A stretch of 64,000 nt of DNA from Planctomycetota bacterium (lineage in GTDB: Bacteria > Planctomycetota > UBA1135 > UBA2386): positions 3,296,001-3,360,000 of the forward strand of contig OZ245006.1 in NCBI GenBank assembly GCA_965223545.1. The letters are read 5' to 3'. A program made the position numbers and the translations under genes. The notes beneath the pieces were generated by a model that was not told where the DNA came from, did not search any database, and saw only the letters and a program-made list of their open reading frames with translations. Numbering within the stretch: the stretch's first letter is position 1; every line of letters begins with the position of its first letter. This document shows, one piece after another, positions 27,500 through 38,500 of the stretch.

Positions 27500-27694
27500 C
27501 GCTCACGAGAGCGTCACCGCCGATCGCGCGCGGCACCTGGTGCCCAGCCCCCGCGGCACGGCCGCACCGCGCCGGGTGCGGCCAGACTTTGACCGCTACG
27601 GCAAAAGCACTTGCGCCGACCAAGGCAATTCCGCTCAGCGCGGCACGCGATTCGTTCTTGCCCCTCTTGCCGGAACCTCCGGCGAGGAGCCCCG

Positions 27695-28333
27695 ATGAGC
27701 ACTGCCACGATCGAGTTCACCGACGCAACGCATCGCACCGACGACGAATTGATGGAAACCATCCAGGCTGGGCATGGCGAGCACAGCCTGGCGGTGCTGC
27801 GCGAGCGGCACGGCGCGCGCGTGCGCAGCCTGGCGCGGCACATCCTGCACGACCGGCACTTGGCCGAGGACGTCTGTGAGGAGACCTTCAGCAAGGTCTA
27901 CCTGAAGTGCGACCTCTACCGGCCGCGCAGCAACTTCATCGCCTGGCTGCTGGAGATCACCCGCAACCAGGCACTGTCGACCTTGCGCTCGCATCGCCTG
28001 CTGCCGCGCACCGCGACCGCGTTGGCGGCCGACTCCGGCGTCGCCTCCGAGGACTTGCTGGACAACATCCGCGGCGGCTACCAGGACCGCCTGGTCGAAG
28101 AACGAGAGCTGATGGCCAAGTTCGACGAAGCGCTGCGCGAGTTGCCCGACGACTACCGGGTCCCGTTCCAGATGTGCGCCCGCGACGGCATGGAGTACCG
28201 ACAGGCCGCCGAGGCGCTCGACATCCCGACCGGCACCGTGGCGATCCGCATCATGCGCGCCCGCAAGCGGTTGTTCCGCGCGCTGAGCCGTCACATGGGC
28301 CGGATCCGGCGGCCGCCGGCCTGCTTCAACTGA
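27695..28333 (+). CDS. Stand-alone ECF sigma factor
   Basis: GAGGAG RBS; LAEDVCEETF, WLLEITRN, AEALDIPTGTVAIRIMRARKRL. Confidence 0.88.
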   Translation: MSTATIEFTDATHRTDDELMETIQAGHGEHSLAVLRERHGARVRSLARHILHDRHLAEDVCEETFSKVYLKCDLYRPRSNFIAWLLEITRNQALSTLRSHRLLPRTATALAADSGVASEDLLDNIRGGYQDRLVEERELMAKFDEALRELPDDYRVPFQMCARDGMEYRQAAEALDIPTGTVAIRIMRARKRLFRALSRHMGRIRRPPACFN

Positions 28334-28355
28334 GCGGGGTCAGCGCGTCGCCGGA

Positions 28356-28962
28356 AGTTCAGCGCGGCCGAGGCCGCAACCGAACACGGAGCATTCGGCG
28401 ACCCGAGCGTCGGTCGCGGGTCCCGCGGTCGCCGGCGGCCGCGCTGAGCCCAGAGGCCAGTGTTGTCTGCGAGCCTCCGGGAGCTGCGTTGTCGAAGTTC
28501 CAACGGCATCGAGCCTTCCGAGAGGTTGTTGCCGCGCGAAGATTTGCGGACCCTGAGGCTCATCGCGGCCGAGGCCGCAACCAAACACGGAGCATTCCGC
28601 GACCCGAGCGTCGGTCGCGGGTCCCGCGGTCGCCGGCGGCCGCGCTGAGCCCAGAGGCCAGTGTTGTCTTCGAGCCTCCGGGAGCTGCGTTGTCGAAGTT
28701 CCAGCGGCATCGAGCCTTCCGAAAGGTTGTCGCCGCGCGAAGACTTGCGGACCCTGAGGCTCAGCGCGGCCACGGCCGCAACCAAACTCGGATGCCGCTT
28801 TTGCCGGAGCGGTTTGGAAGGTCCGACCCATCCGCCGCCGCGCTGAGCACGGAGGCACTGTCTCTCCGAGCCTCCGGCGCGGCGGCGTTGTCGCCATGGC
28901 CGCGGCCTTGCCTCGAAAATGTTGTCGTAGCTCGAAGATTCGAGGCGCCGGAGGCTCAGCGC
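28356..28962. repeat. Tandem array of three ~200-bp palindrome-rich units (REP/BIME- or MITE-like) between convergent genes
   Basis: Units start at 28359, 28560 and 28761 (period 201), with a fourth start at 28956. Units 1 and 2 differ at 8 positions by my count. The motif GGCTCAGCGCGGCCG alternates with its reverse complement. Confidence 0.9.
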
Positions 28963-31559
28963 AGTCTTTCGGTGACGTGCCCGGTCATGCGCACGGAACC
29001 GGAACCAGTCGCGATCACCGCCTGGGCGGAGATGCTCACGCCACGGAGCGCCGCGGCATTGGGAATCGCCAGCGGGATCGCCCGGCGGCCAGACGCCGGG
29101 ATCGCCAGCGGGGGAAGCGAGAGCAAGGGAGGCTGCAGGTAGAGCTGCCCCCAGCTCCCCAGTGGCAACGGCACCGGCGACAACGCAGTGCTCAGCAAGA
29201 CGAGGGCGGTGGCCGGCCCGCCGTAGCCCGGCTCGGAGAACACTTCGAAGTCGTGCACCGCACCGACTCGCGGATAGCGCGGTGCATCGAGCTGCCGGTG
29301 CAGGTTGACGTAGAGCCGGTCTTCGCCGTTGTTGGCCGCGACCAGATCGGCATCCCCATCACCGTCCAGGTCGGCCGCCGCGATGGCGTGGGTCTGGTCG
29401 CCATCGTCGTTGAAGCGCGCTGGCGCCTCGGTGAAGACGCCGCTGCCATCGTTGATCAACAGCCGATTGCGGCCGAGATCGCCGGCGGCAATATCGAGGT
29501 CGCCATCGTCATCGACGTCGGTCAGCAGCACGGTCCGCGTATCGCCGCTGTCGATCGGCAACCGCCCCGCGCTGGCGTCGATGAAGACGCCGGAACCGTC
29601 GTTGAGGTAGAGCTGATCGGCACCGCTGGTGCCCAGCACCAGATCGGTGTCGCCATCGCCATCGACGTCGCCGGCGGCCAACGCGTGGGTGTCGTGCGAT
29701 GCGGCGGGCATCCCGGTCGAGGGCGCAAAGCGGCCGGAGCCGTTGTTGCGGAACAGCCGACTCTGACCGCGGTTGCCGGCGACCACATCGAGGTCGCCGT
29801 CGGCGTCGGCGTCGAACAACGCCAACGCCCGCGTCTCGTCGCCGTCCGGCGGCAGGCCGTCGGGCAACCGGGCGAAGCGGCCGGCACCGTCGTTGGCATA
29901 GACCACGTTGCTGGTCACCGGCGACGTGGTGGCCGTGCCCGCGATGAAGTCCAAATCACCATCGGCGTCCAGGTCGCCGACCGCGAGCGAGGTGGTCCAG
30001 TCGACATCGACCGGCATGTGAGAGGAGGTGACGTCGACGAAGCCCGCCGCGCCATCGTTGAGGAACAGGCGGTTGCGACCGCCGGTGGGGCCGAAGCGAT
30101 TCGGCGTCGGCGGGTGGCCAAAGAGCAGATCCGCATCGCCGTCCCCGTCGACGTCGGCACCGGCGATCGCCGCGGTCGGCTCCCACCTCGACGGTAGAGA
30201 CCGCGCCGACAACAAGAGCCGCCCACCGTCATTGTCGTACAGACGATCCGGACGGGAAGAGTCGCCGATCGCGGCATCGAGGTCACCGTCCCCATCGATG
30301 TCCGCCAACACCACCGTTCGCGAGTCGAACGGCGTCCGCTCCGAGGGCTGCAGCCGCGGCTCGTCCGGCGCGGTGAAGCGCCCAGTGCCGTCGTTGTAGT
30401 AGGCGCGGTTGGGCGCCCCCCCGCCGACCAGCCCGCAGGCGGTGACCGCGTCGACGAAGCCGTTGCCGTCGAGATCAGCGGCGGCGATCGCCGCGGTGTA
30501 GTCGTACTCGACCGGCATGTGGGTCGACGTCACATTGACGAACCCGCCGCTCCCGTCGTTCAAGTAGAGCCCGTCCTGCCCGTTCCGGCTCGGCTCGTTG
30601 CCCCACAGCGCGTCGAGATCGCCATCACCGTCGACGTCGACCAAGGCCACGCCACGCGACGAAGCCGTGTCCACCGGGAACTGTGCGGCGGTCACATCGG
30701 TGAACACCAGCCCCCCGTCGTTGCGGTACAGCCGGTTCTGGTTCAGGCTGCCGATGGCAATGTCGGGGTCGCCATCACCATCGACGTCGCCCACGGCCAC
30801 GCAGAAGCTCGGATCGAACAGGATCGGCAAAGCGGTCGCCGTGGCATCTGTGAACGTCCCCGTGCCGTCGTTGGCGTAGATCCGGTCCTGCGTCGTCCCG
30901 CAGTTCGCCGCCACCAAGTCGAGGTCGCCATCGCCATCGAGATCGGCCGTCGTCAACCCGCAGACCGGGGCACTCTGCACCGGGATCGCTCCCGCGACGA
31001 CGGCGAAGCTGCCGCTGCCGTCGTTGACCAACAGGTCGAGCCCCTGGCCGAGGCCACTACCGATCGCCACGTCGACGTCGCCGTCCCCGTCGTAGTCGCC
31101 GACCGCGAGCGACTCGCCCGACTTCACCAAGGCGGGCATGCGCGCCGCGGTCACGTCGGCAAACACGCCCGCTCCATCGTTCAGATAGAGCCCGGGCGTG
31201 GAGTTGCGCCCCGTCGCCAGCACCAGATCGAGGTCGGCGTCCCCATCGACGTCGACGAGCTTCAGGTCGAACGTATCGAGCCCCGGAGGTCCCGGCAGCT
31301 GTTCGACGGTGGCGTCGATCAACCCTCCGCCACCATCGTTCAACCAGAGCCGGTTCCGGTCGCCGAACGCGTTGGCGACCACGACATCCACATCGCCGTC
31401 GCCGTCGACATCGCCGGTGGTGATGTCGTTGCTGTCGTACACGCCCAGCGGCGGGAAACGCTTGAGCGGCCAATCGCGAAACTGCTGCGCGCCGGCGGCG
31501 CCTGCCAAGAACAGGGCCGCGGGCACGGCCAGCGAGCAACGGGCGGCGAACGACATCAT
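28956..31559 (-). CDS. Secreted FG-GAP/VCBS repeat beta-propeller protein with shared C-terminal domain
   Basis: Signal peptide ending AGA-QQ; about 14 D(V/L)DGDGDxD...NDGxGxF repeats. Confidence 0.9.
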   Translation of the reverse strand: MMSFAARCSLAVPAALFLAGAAGAQQFRDWPLKRFPPLGVYDSNDITTGDVDGDGDVDVVVANAFGDRNRLWLNDGGGGLIDATVEQLPGPPGLDTFDLKLVDVDGDADLDLVLATGRNSTPGLYLNDGAGVFADVTAARMPALVKSGESLAVGDYDGDGDVDVAIGSGLGQGLDLLVNDGSGSFAVVAGAIPVQSAPVCGLTTADLDGDGDLDLVAANCGTTQDRIYANDGTGTFTDATATALPILFDPSFCVAVGDVDGDGDPDIAIGSLNQNRLYRNDGGLVFTDVTAAQFPVDTASSRGVALVDVDGDGDLDALWGNEPSRNGQDGLYLNDGSGGFVNVTSTHMPVEYDYTAAIAAADLDGNGFVDAVTACGLVGGGAPNRAYYNDGTGRFTAPDEPRLQPSERTPFDSRTVVLADIDGDGDLDAAIGDSSRPDRLYDNDGGRLLLSARSLPSRWEPTAAIAGADVDGDGDADLLFGHPPTPNRFGPTGGRNRLFLNDGAAGFVDVTSSHMPVDVDWTTSLAVGDLDADGDLDFIAGTATTSPVTSNVVYANDGAGRFARLPDGLPPDGDETRALALFDADADGDLDVVAGNRGQSRLFRNNGSGRFAPSTGMPAASHDTHALAAGDVDGDGDTDLVLGTSGADQLYLNDGSGVFIDASAGRLPIDSGDTRTVLLTDVDDDGDLDIAAGDLGRNRLLINDGSGVFTEAPARFNDDGDQTHAIAAADLDGDGDADLVAANNGEDRLYVNLHRQLDAPRYPRVGAVHDFEVFSEPGYGGPATALVLLSTALSPVPLPLGSWGQLYLQPPLLSLPPLAIPASGRRAIPLAIPNAAALRGVSISAQAVIATGSGSVRMTGHVTERLR

Positions 31560-31700
31560 CGACCTCGGCGAGTAGGGCCCAGCCATCCTCGGCACCGGGC
31601 GCACACCGCGCCAGTACCTCCGGGACCACTGGTCGGGGCGGCCCCGGCCGCTGCGCGATTTCCGTTTCCCCGCGGCGAAACCGCCACGGCGGGGGGGGCC

Positions 31701-32423
31701 TCACGCCTGCGGCCCGAAGCGCGCGAGCACTGCCAGCGCAGATTTCCGTATCGGTCGCATCAGCGGGTTGGACAGAACCGCCAAGCAGCGTGCCACGAGC
31801 CGCGCCGTATCCGTCGCCAACGCCCGGCTGCGCTCGTGCCCGGGTGAGTCGTCGTGGATCCAGTACAGCACGATGCCCATGCTGTAGGTCCACAACAGCT
31901 CCGGCAGGTGTGGCGCCAGATCGCGCGGCACCTTGAGACGACTGCCGTCGATCACTTGACCGAACAGCGCGCACTCGCGCTCGCGCATCGGCCGCGCGTC
32001 CTCGTGGAACGGGTTGAGCGGGCTCTGCGGATCCGCGGCGATCGCGAACAGGTGGCGCGAAAAGCGATGATAGGGCTCGATCACGTCGAGCTTCTTGTGC
32101 AGCAGCGCCGCCAGCCGTGCGCCGAGATCTCGCTCGCCCGCCAGCTCGGGCGCACTCGCCGCCGCCAGCGCGTCGTACATCTCGGCGTAGAACGCCTGCA
32201 ACAGGTGCGCCTTGGAGGCGAAGTAGTAGTAGGCGTTGCCGACCGAGACCCCCGCGCTGGCAGCCACGGCCCGCATCGTCGTCGCCTCGTAGCCAACGTC
32301 GCGAAACAGCTCCATGGCCGCGTCGACGATGCGGCGCCGGGTGTCTTTCGCCTTGGGCGTCGTCGCCCGGGCTGCCGACGGGTTGCGGTGCGTGGCGCTC
32401 ACCGCGTCTTTGTAGCACGCCAC
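31701..32423 (-). CDS. TetR/AcrR-family regulator
   Basis: TRRRIVDAAMELFRDVGYEATTMRAVAASAGVSVGNAYYYFASK. The start may be the GTG at 32402. Confidence 0.92.
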   Translation of the reverse strand: MACYKDAVSATHRNPSAARATTPKAKDTRRRIVDAAMELFRDVGYEATTMRAVAASAGVSVGNAYYYFASKAHLLQAFYAEMYDALAAASAPELAGERDLGARLAALLHKKLDVIEPYHRFSRHLFAIAADPQSPLNPFHEDARPMRERECALFGQVIDGSRLKVPRDLAPHLPELLWTYSMGIVLYWIHDDSPGHERSRALATDTARLVARCLAVLSNPLMRPIRKSALAVLARFGPQA

Positions 32424-32444
32424 GGCAGGTGACTCGATGGCGCC

Positions 32445-32825
32445 TCAGCTGCGGCCCGCCGCCGCAGCAGCCAGGGACTTGGCCCGGCCGTAGTGGCGGA
32501 AGCGGGTCAGGACGAAGAGGTTGAAGAAGTGCATCGCGCCGAGCACCAGCAGCACCATCCCGACCTTCTGCGACAGCACCTCGAAGACGCCCTTCGTGTT
32601 CATCACCCGATCGGTGACGCGCAGCGCCAGGCAGACGTAGCCCAAGTTGACCAGGTAGAAGCCGACCACGAGCAGGTGGTTGACCGAGCTCGCGAGCTCG
32701 CGGTTGCCCAGACAGACGTCGACCAGGAACACCCGGCCGTTGCGGAAGAGGGTATTGGCCACCCAGACGGTCAGGGTGACGCTCAGCATCAGGTAGATCG
32801 AGTACGCGATCACGGTGTAATCCAC
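32445..32825 (-). CDS. Conserved-type 3-TM membrane protein co-transcribed with TetR
   Basis: GGAGG followed by GTG at 32825; YSIYL...TLFRNGRVFL...SVNHLLVVGFYLVNLGY...KVGMVLLVLGAMHFFN. Confidence 0.8.
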   Translation of the reverse strand: MDYTVIAYSIYLMLSVTLTVWVANTLFRNGRVFLVDVCLGNRELASSVNHLLVVGFYLVNLGYVCLALRVTDRVMNTKGVFEVLSQKVGMVLLVLGAMHFFNLFVLTRFRHYGRAKSLAAAAAGRS

Positions 32826-32849
32826 GGCATCCTCCAGGGTTTGTGCCTT

Positions 32850-32913
32850 TTGAACTTGTTCAACTCTATCGGCCCGGGCGGCGTCGGTCACAGGCAAAAT
32901 TGAACGCGTTCTA
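32850..32913. promoter_or_regulatory. Two candidate TetR operators
   Basis: TTGAAC-TT-GTTCAA at 32850-32863 (perfect) and TTGAAC-GC-GTTCTA at 32900-32913, 50 bp apart, in an AT-rich divergent promoter region. Confidence 0.75.
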
Positions 32914-32982
32914 AAAAAGTTCGCGGCGGCGAGCTGCTGGCTCCCATGCCAGCGCCGGGATCGCGGTAACGTGCGGGCCGCG

Positions 32983-35454
32983 ATGCGCTTGCTCCCCCTG
33001 CTGCTCACCGGCTGCCTCGCTGTTGCGCCGCCGTCACAGGAGTCCCGGCCCGACATCCTCCTGCTGATGCCCGACCAGATGCGGGGCGACTGCTTGTCGG
33101 CGCTCGGCCGGCCGGGCCTGCGGACACCGCAGCTCGACGCGCTGGTCAGGGACGGGACGCTGTTCCGCCGCGCCTACAGCACCGTGCCCTCGTGCATCCC
33201 CGCGCGCTACTCCTTGCTCACCGGTCTGTACCCGCAGACCAGCGGGGTGGTCGGCTTCAAGGGGCGGCGGATCGTGGCACCGACCCTGCCCCGGACGCTG
33301 GCCGACGCAGGCTACGACACCGTGCTGGTCGGCCGCCACATGCACCAATTCCCGGCCAGCGAGCCCTACGGCTACCGCCGGCGCATCCACGCCTCCACCT
33401 ACGTGGCGGACGACGACTACGACCGCGCGCTGCGCACGGCGCACCCCGAGACCGGCGGCATCCGCCCGCTGGTCGAGTCGCTGGGCCTCACCTTCAACCA
33501 CTGGCAGGCGGCGGCGTGGCCCCTGCCGCTCGAATGGCACCCCACGCACTGGATCGCGCGGACCGCGCGGCAGGTGATCGCCGATAGCGAGCTCGAGACG
33601 CCGCTGTTTCTGACGGCGTCGTTCTACGCCCCCCACCCGCCGCTGTTTCCGCCGGAGCGATTGTTCGAACACTACCTCGCGCTGGAGCTGCCGCCGCCGG
33701 TGATCGGCGACTGGGTCGACGTCGACGCGCTCAGCCCCGACGGCGACAAGAACGGCCACCGCATCCGCCTCGAGGGCGACCGGCTGCGGCGCGCGCGCGC
33801 CGGCTACTACGGCTTGATCGAAGACGTCGACGCGCAGATCGGGACCATCGTCGAGGCGTTTCGCGCCCGCAGCGAAGCCGCCGGCCGGCCCTGGGTCGTC
33901 GTCGTCACCTCCGACCACGGCGAGATGCTCGGTGACCACGGCTACTTCCGCAAATGCCAGCCCTACGAGGGGTCCGCCAACATCCCCCTGATCGTCACGG
34001 GCTCCGCCGCGCTGGGGTTCGAGGCCGGGAACGTGTGCAAGCGGCCCACGTGCTTGGAAGACGTGATGCCCACCCTCCTCGACCTCGCCGGCGTCGAGCC
34101 CCTGGCACCCGTCGATGGCGTCAGTCTGGCGCCGGTGCTGCGCGGCGACGTCGCCGACCTACGACCTTGGCTGCACCTCGAGCACGCGACGTGCTACAGC
34201 CGCGAGCAGGCGTTCCACGCCCTGACCGACGGACGCTACAAGTACGTCTGGCGGCCACTCACCGGCAAAGAACAGCTGTTCGACCTCGAGGGCGATCCGG
34301 GCGAACGCCGCGACCTCGCGGCCGACGCGACGCATGCCGACACGCTCGAGGAGTGGCGCCGCAGGCTGGTGGCGCGCCTGGCGCCGCGGCCGGAGGGTTT
34401 CTCGGACGGCTCGTCGCTGATCGCCGGCCGCCCCTACCGGCCATTGATCGCGCCGCGTTCTCGGGCGGCCGCGCAGCCGAGCCGCGACCCCGCTCTCGAG
34501 CACGTGCGCCGGCTCGAGCTCGACGCCGAGCGGCCACGCGCGGTGCGCGCGCTGTGGGCAATGGGCGCCGCGGCGGTCCCCGCTCTGGTAACGCTCCTCG
34601 AGGATCCACGCCCCGAGATGGTCGACCACGCCGCTCTGGTGCTCGGGTCGATCGGCCCGGCCGCCAGCCGAGCCCTCGAACCGCTGCGCGCCTGCGCCGC
34701 GGCCACCGATCGGCCGGCGGCGCACTGGGCCGCGCACCGGGTGGCGACCCAAGGTCGCACTGTGTTCACGGACTACAGCGGCGGGAGCGCCCTCGAACTC
34801 CTGCCCGGTGGCGGCGCTGCGCCGGTCTTGTCGGTCCTCACCTGGATCTACGACATCGAGCCGCTGCCCTCGGGCAATTGGCTGGTCGCCCGCGACTCGT
34901 TCGGTGTGGAGGAATACACCCCCAACGGCGATCTGGTCTGGCGCAACCCCACTCCGAGTTGGGACGCGGACAGGCTCCCCAACGGCAACACGTTGATCGC
35001 CGACGTCCTCGGCGCCCGCGTGATCGAGGTCGACCCGGGCGGCGACATCGTGTGGCAGGTCGAGGGGCTGGCGATGCCGGCAGAAGCCCAACGGCTCCCC
35101 GACGGCAACACGCTGGTCGTTCTGGCGACCGAGGGCAAGGTGGTCGAGGTCGATCCCTCCGGCGCCACGGTGTGGAGCGTCGACGGTCTGCCCACTCCGC
35201 TCGACGACGCCGAGCGCTTGCCCGACGGGACGACACTGATCGGCGGCAATGGCGACGGCCTGGTGTGCGTCGTGGACCGGGACGGCCAACGCCGGTGGGC
35301 CGTAGAGGGACTGCCGCGGCCCAACGACGTCGATCTGCTGCCGGACGGCGGGCTCTTGTGGGCAGGGTACGACGGCATCTTCCAGCGCTCGCCGGATGGC
35401 GTGCAGACGTGTCTGTTCGAGCTGCGGGTGGCTGGGGAGGTGTGCCGCTTCTGA
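32983..35454 (+). CDS. Formylglycine-dependent sulfatase fused to HEAT-like repeats and a beta-propeller
   Basis: Lipobox-like LLTGC; DQMRGD, CIPARYSLLTG (CxPxR), PHPP, SDHGEMLGDH; then helical repeats and (D/E)AxRLPxGNTL repeats. Confidence 0.88.
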   Translation: MRLLPLLLTGCLAVAPPSQESRPDILLLMPDQMRGDCLSALGRPGLRTPQLDALVRDGTLFRRAYSTVPSCIPARYSLLTGLYPQTSGVVGFKGRRIVAPTLPRTLADAGYDTVLVGRHMHQFPASEPYGYRRRIHASTYVADDDYDRALRTAHPETGGIRPLVESLGLTFNHWQAAAWPLPLEWHPTHWIARTARQVIADSELETPLFLTASFYAPHPPLFPPERLFEHYLALELPPPVIGDWVDVDALSPDGDKNGHRIRLEGDRLRRARAGYYGLIEDVDAQIGTIVEAFRARSEAAGRPWVVVVTSDHGEMLGDHGYFRKCQPYEGSANIPLIVTGSAALGFEAGNVCKRPTCLEDVMPTLLDLAGVEPLAPVDGVSLAPVLRGDVADLRPWLHLEHATCYSREQAFHALTDGRYKYVWRPLTGKEQLFDLEGDPGERRDLAADATHADTLEEWRRRLVARLAPRPEGFSDGSSLIAGRPYRPLIAPRSRAAAQPSRDPALEHVRRLELDAERPRAVRALWAMGAAAVPALVTLLEDPRPEMVDHAALVLGSIGPAASRALEPLRACAAATDRPAAHWAAHRVATQGRTVFTDYSGGSALELLPGGGAAPVLSVLTWIYDIEPLPSGNWLVARDSFGVEEYTPNGDLVWRNPTPSWDADRLPNGNTLIADVLGARVIEVDPGGDIVWQVEGLAMPAEAQRLPDGNTLVVLATEGKVVEVDPSGATVWSVDGLPTPLDDAERLPDGTTLIGGNGDGLVCVVDRDGQRRWAVEGLPRPNDVDLLPDGGLLWAGYDGIFQRSPDGVQTCLFELRVAGEVCRF

Positions 35455-35511
35455 TCCGGCGCCCGGAATGATTGAGACGCACGTCCACTGCCGTGCAACT
35501 CAGGGCAAGCC

Positions 35512-38500
35512 ATGAGACCCACCACCGCCGCGATCGCCGCCCTGACCGTCTTGGCCGCTGCGAGCACCCCCGAGCCCTCGACTGCCCAAGCCGCCAACCC
35601 GCGCCTGCTGCTGGATATCAACACGGCGCCCGCGCCCCCCCTGTCGAGCCATCCGGCCGACGCCACGCGGTTGGGGCGGTGGATCTACTTCGTCGCGACC
35701 ACGCCGCAGACCGGCACCGAGCTGTTCCGCACCGACGGGTCGACGGCCGAGCTGGTCGTCGACCTGACGCCCGGTCCGGGCAGCTCGACCATCACCAACT
35801 TGGTCTCCACCGGCGCCGCCCTGTTCTTCGGCCACAGCGACCACCGCGGCGACGAGCTCTGGACCAGCGATGGGTCCGCGGCGGGAACCCGGATCGTCAA
35901 GGACATCCGCGAAGGCGACGGGAGCTCGCAGCCCCGCCTGCTCACGCCATCGAACGGCCGGTTGTTCTTCGTCGCGGTCGACAGCCGCGGTGAGGAGCCG
36001 TGGGTCAGTGACGGCACCGAGGCGGGCACCATGCAGCTGCTGGACATCAATCCGAGCGTGTCGTCGTCGTCCGTCCAGCACATGGAGGCGTTTGCCGGGG
36101 GGGTGGTGTTCGACGCGTTCTCGATCGGCACCGGGATCGAGCCGTACTACTCGGACGGCTCGCCGGCGGGCACCGTCTTGCTCAGCGACATCGTCCCGGG
36201 ATTCGTCAGCGGCTCGCCGAGGGACTTCGCCGTGCTCGGCAATCGCGTGTTCTTCGTCGCCAACCACCCGAGCACCGGCCGCGAGCTGTGGGCGAGCGAC
36301 GGCACTCCGGGCGGAACGTCGCTGTTTGCCGACCTGGTCCCGGGAACGACCTCGAGCGCCGCCCGCGACCTCACCGTCTCGGGCGCGTTGCTGCTCTTCG
36401 GCGCCACCGACCCGGCGACTGGCGAGGAGCTGTGGGTGTCGGACGGCACCCGGACCGGGACGCGACTCGTCACCGACCTCCTCGCCGGCAGCGGCTCCGG
36501 CTACCGGGGGCCGATGGCCTCGATGCAGGACGGTCGCGTCCTGTTCGGGGCGAACGACGGGACGACCGGCGTCGAGCCGTGGGTGTCGGACGGCACCGCC
36601 GCGGGCACGCGGTTGGTCGCCGACACGGTACCGGGCGCGGGCAGCGCGTCACTGCGTGAGCTCACGTCCGCGGTCGGCCGCGTCTTCTTCACGAACTCGA
36701 CCGTTGCGGCTGGCGCCGAGCCATGGGTCGCGGACGGATCGGCGGCGTTCATGCTGCGCGACATCCGACCGGGCCCCCAGGGCTCGGCTCCGCGACTCTG
36801 GGGCATCGATCCGGCATCGGGCAGACTGCTCTTCACTGCCACGGATCCGATCAGTGGGGCGGAGCTTTGGGCCAGCGACGGAACGCCGGCGGGCACGGCC
36901 ATGCTGGTGGACGCGACTCCCCAGATCGGAGCGACGCTGCCGTCCATGCCGCGCGGTTTCACCCACGCGTATGGCACGACGTTCTTCACCGCCGACTCCT
37001 CCACGGGTTCGGACGAGCTGTGGAAGACCGACGGAACGCGCCCCGGCACGACCCGCGTCGGGACGGTCACCCCAACGACGACGCCGATGGCTGTCGCGGG
37101 ATCTCTCCTGTTCTTCAGCAGCGACGAATCATCCATCGGCATCGAACTCTGGATCAGCGACGGCACTGACGCGGGCACGTTCCCCATCGACGTCTACGTC
37201 GGTCGGGCGTCCTCCGCCCCCACCGATCTGACACCCGTCGGAAACCGCATCTTCTTCAGCGCACTCAACAACACCGGGCGAGAGCTATGGCTGTCGGACG
37301 GGACCGTGGCCGGGACTCGACTCGTCAGCGACATCGCCTTCGGTGGACGGAGCTCCTCGCCGAGTCACCTGACAGACATGAGCGGCAGCCTTCTGTTCAC
37401 TGCCGACGACGGCTCGACCGGTCGCGAGCTCTGGGTCAGCGATGGCAGCTCGATCGGCACGCGGCAGCTGGCCGACATCTTTTCGGGCGCGGGGAGCGCG
37501 AACCCCGACGGCCTGACCCCTGCCGGCGACCTGGTGTTCTTCACCGCCAACGACGGTGTCAGCGGCATCGAACTATGGGTCACCGACGGCACGGCCGGGG
37601 GGACACGTCTGGTTGCCGATCTGAACCCGGGGTTCGGCAGCAGCACTCCTCGCGATCTCACCGCGATCGGGAGCACGGTGTTCTTCGTGGCCAACGACGG
37701 CGTCAACGGCCTCGAGCTGTGGCAGTCGGACGGCACCGCCGGTGGCACGCGCCTGGTCGCCGACATCGTACCCGGACTCGCGAGCTCTTCTCCGGCCGAG
37801 CTGACCCGCGTCGGCCACCGGCTCATGTTCACCGCGGTGACCGCGGTCGCCGGCCGCGAGCCCTGGGTCTCGGACGGAACGCCGCTGGGCACCACGATGA
37901 TCGCCGACCTCGCACCGGGCACGGTCAGCTCGCGGCCGACCGACTTGGTCGCCAGCGGCTCGCGCCACGTGTTCTTCATGGCCAACAACGGTGGCGCCGA
38001 GACGCACTTGTGGCGAAGCGACGGCACGGCGCCCGGCACTGTCACCGTCGCCGAGAGCATCGGCTCCGGCGGCTGCCCCACCGACCTCACCTTGGCCAGC
38101 GGTCAGCTGGTGTTCGCCGGCGAGGATCCGCAATTCGGCTGCGAGCCCTTCGCCCTCGATCTCGGCGCGGCCACGCAACCCGTCGGCTTCGCCTGCGGCG
38201 CAGGGCGGCGACCCGAGATGGAGACCACGGACCCGGTGCTGGGCGCGGTGATGCAGATCGACGGGCGCCAAGCTCCCCCGAACGGGGCGGGTTGCGTGCT
38301 CTTCGGCCTGCCGAGCCCTCCGGTCCTCTTCGCCGCCCGACCGGGCAACGCGTGCGCGCTGTTCATGACCCGACCCGAGGTGCTCGCCTCGGTGAGCGCC
38401 ACCGCGGCATCCACCTTCGGCCTGCCGGTGCCAGTGCCCAACGCACCGGCCCTCGCCGGCCTCGATGTGGCCATGCAGGCGGTCTTCGCGCCGACGCCGG

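Noticed and set aside
28356..28962. CRISPR array or coding 67-aa repeat (ORFs 27907-29142, 28291-28785, 28340-28897)
   Set aside because: Whole units are near-identical with no unique spacers, and no cas genes are present. The ORFs overlap real genes, lack convincing starts, and open frames are expected at this GC content.
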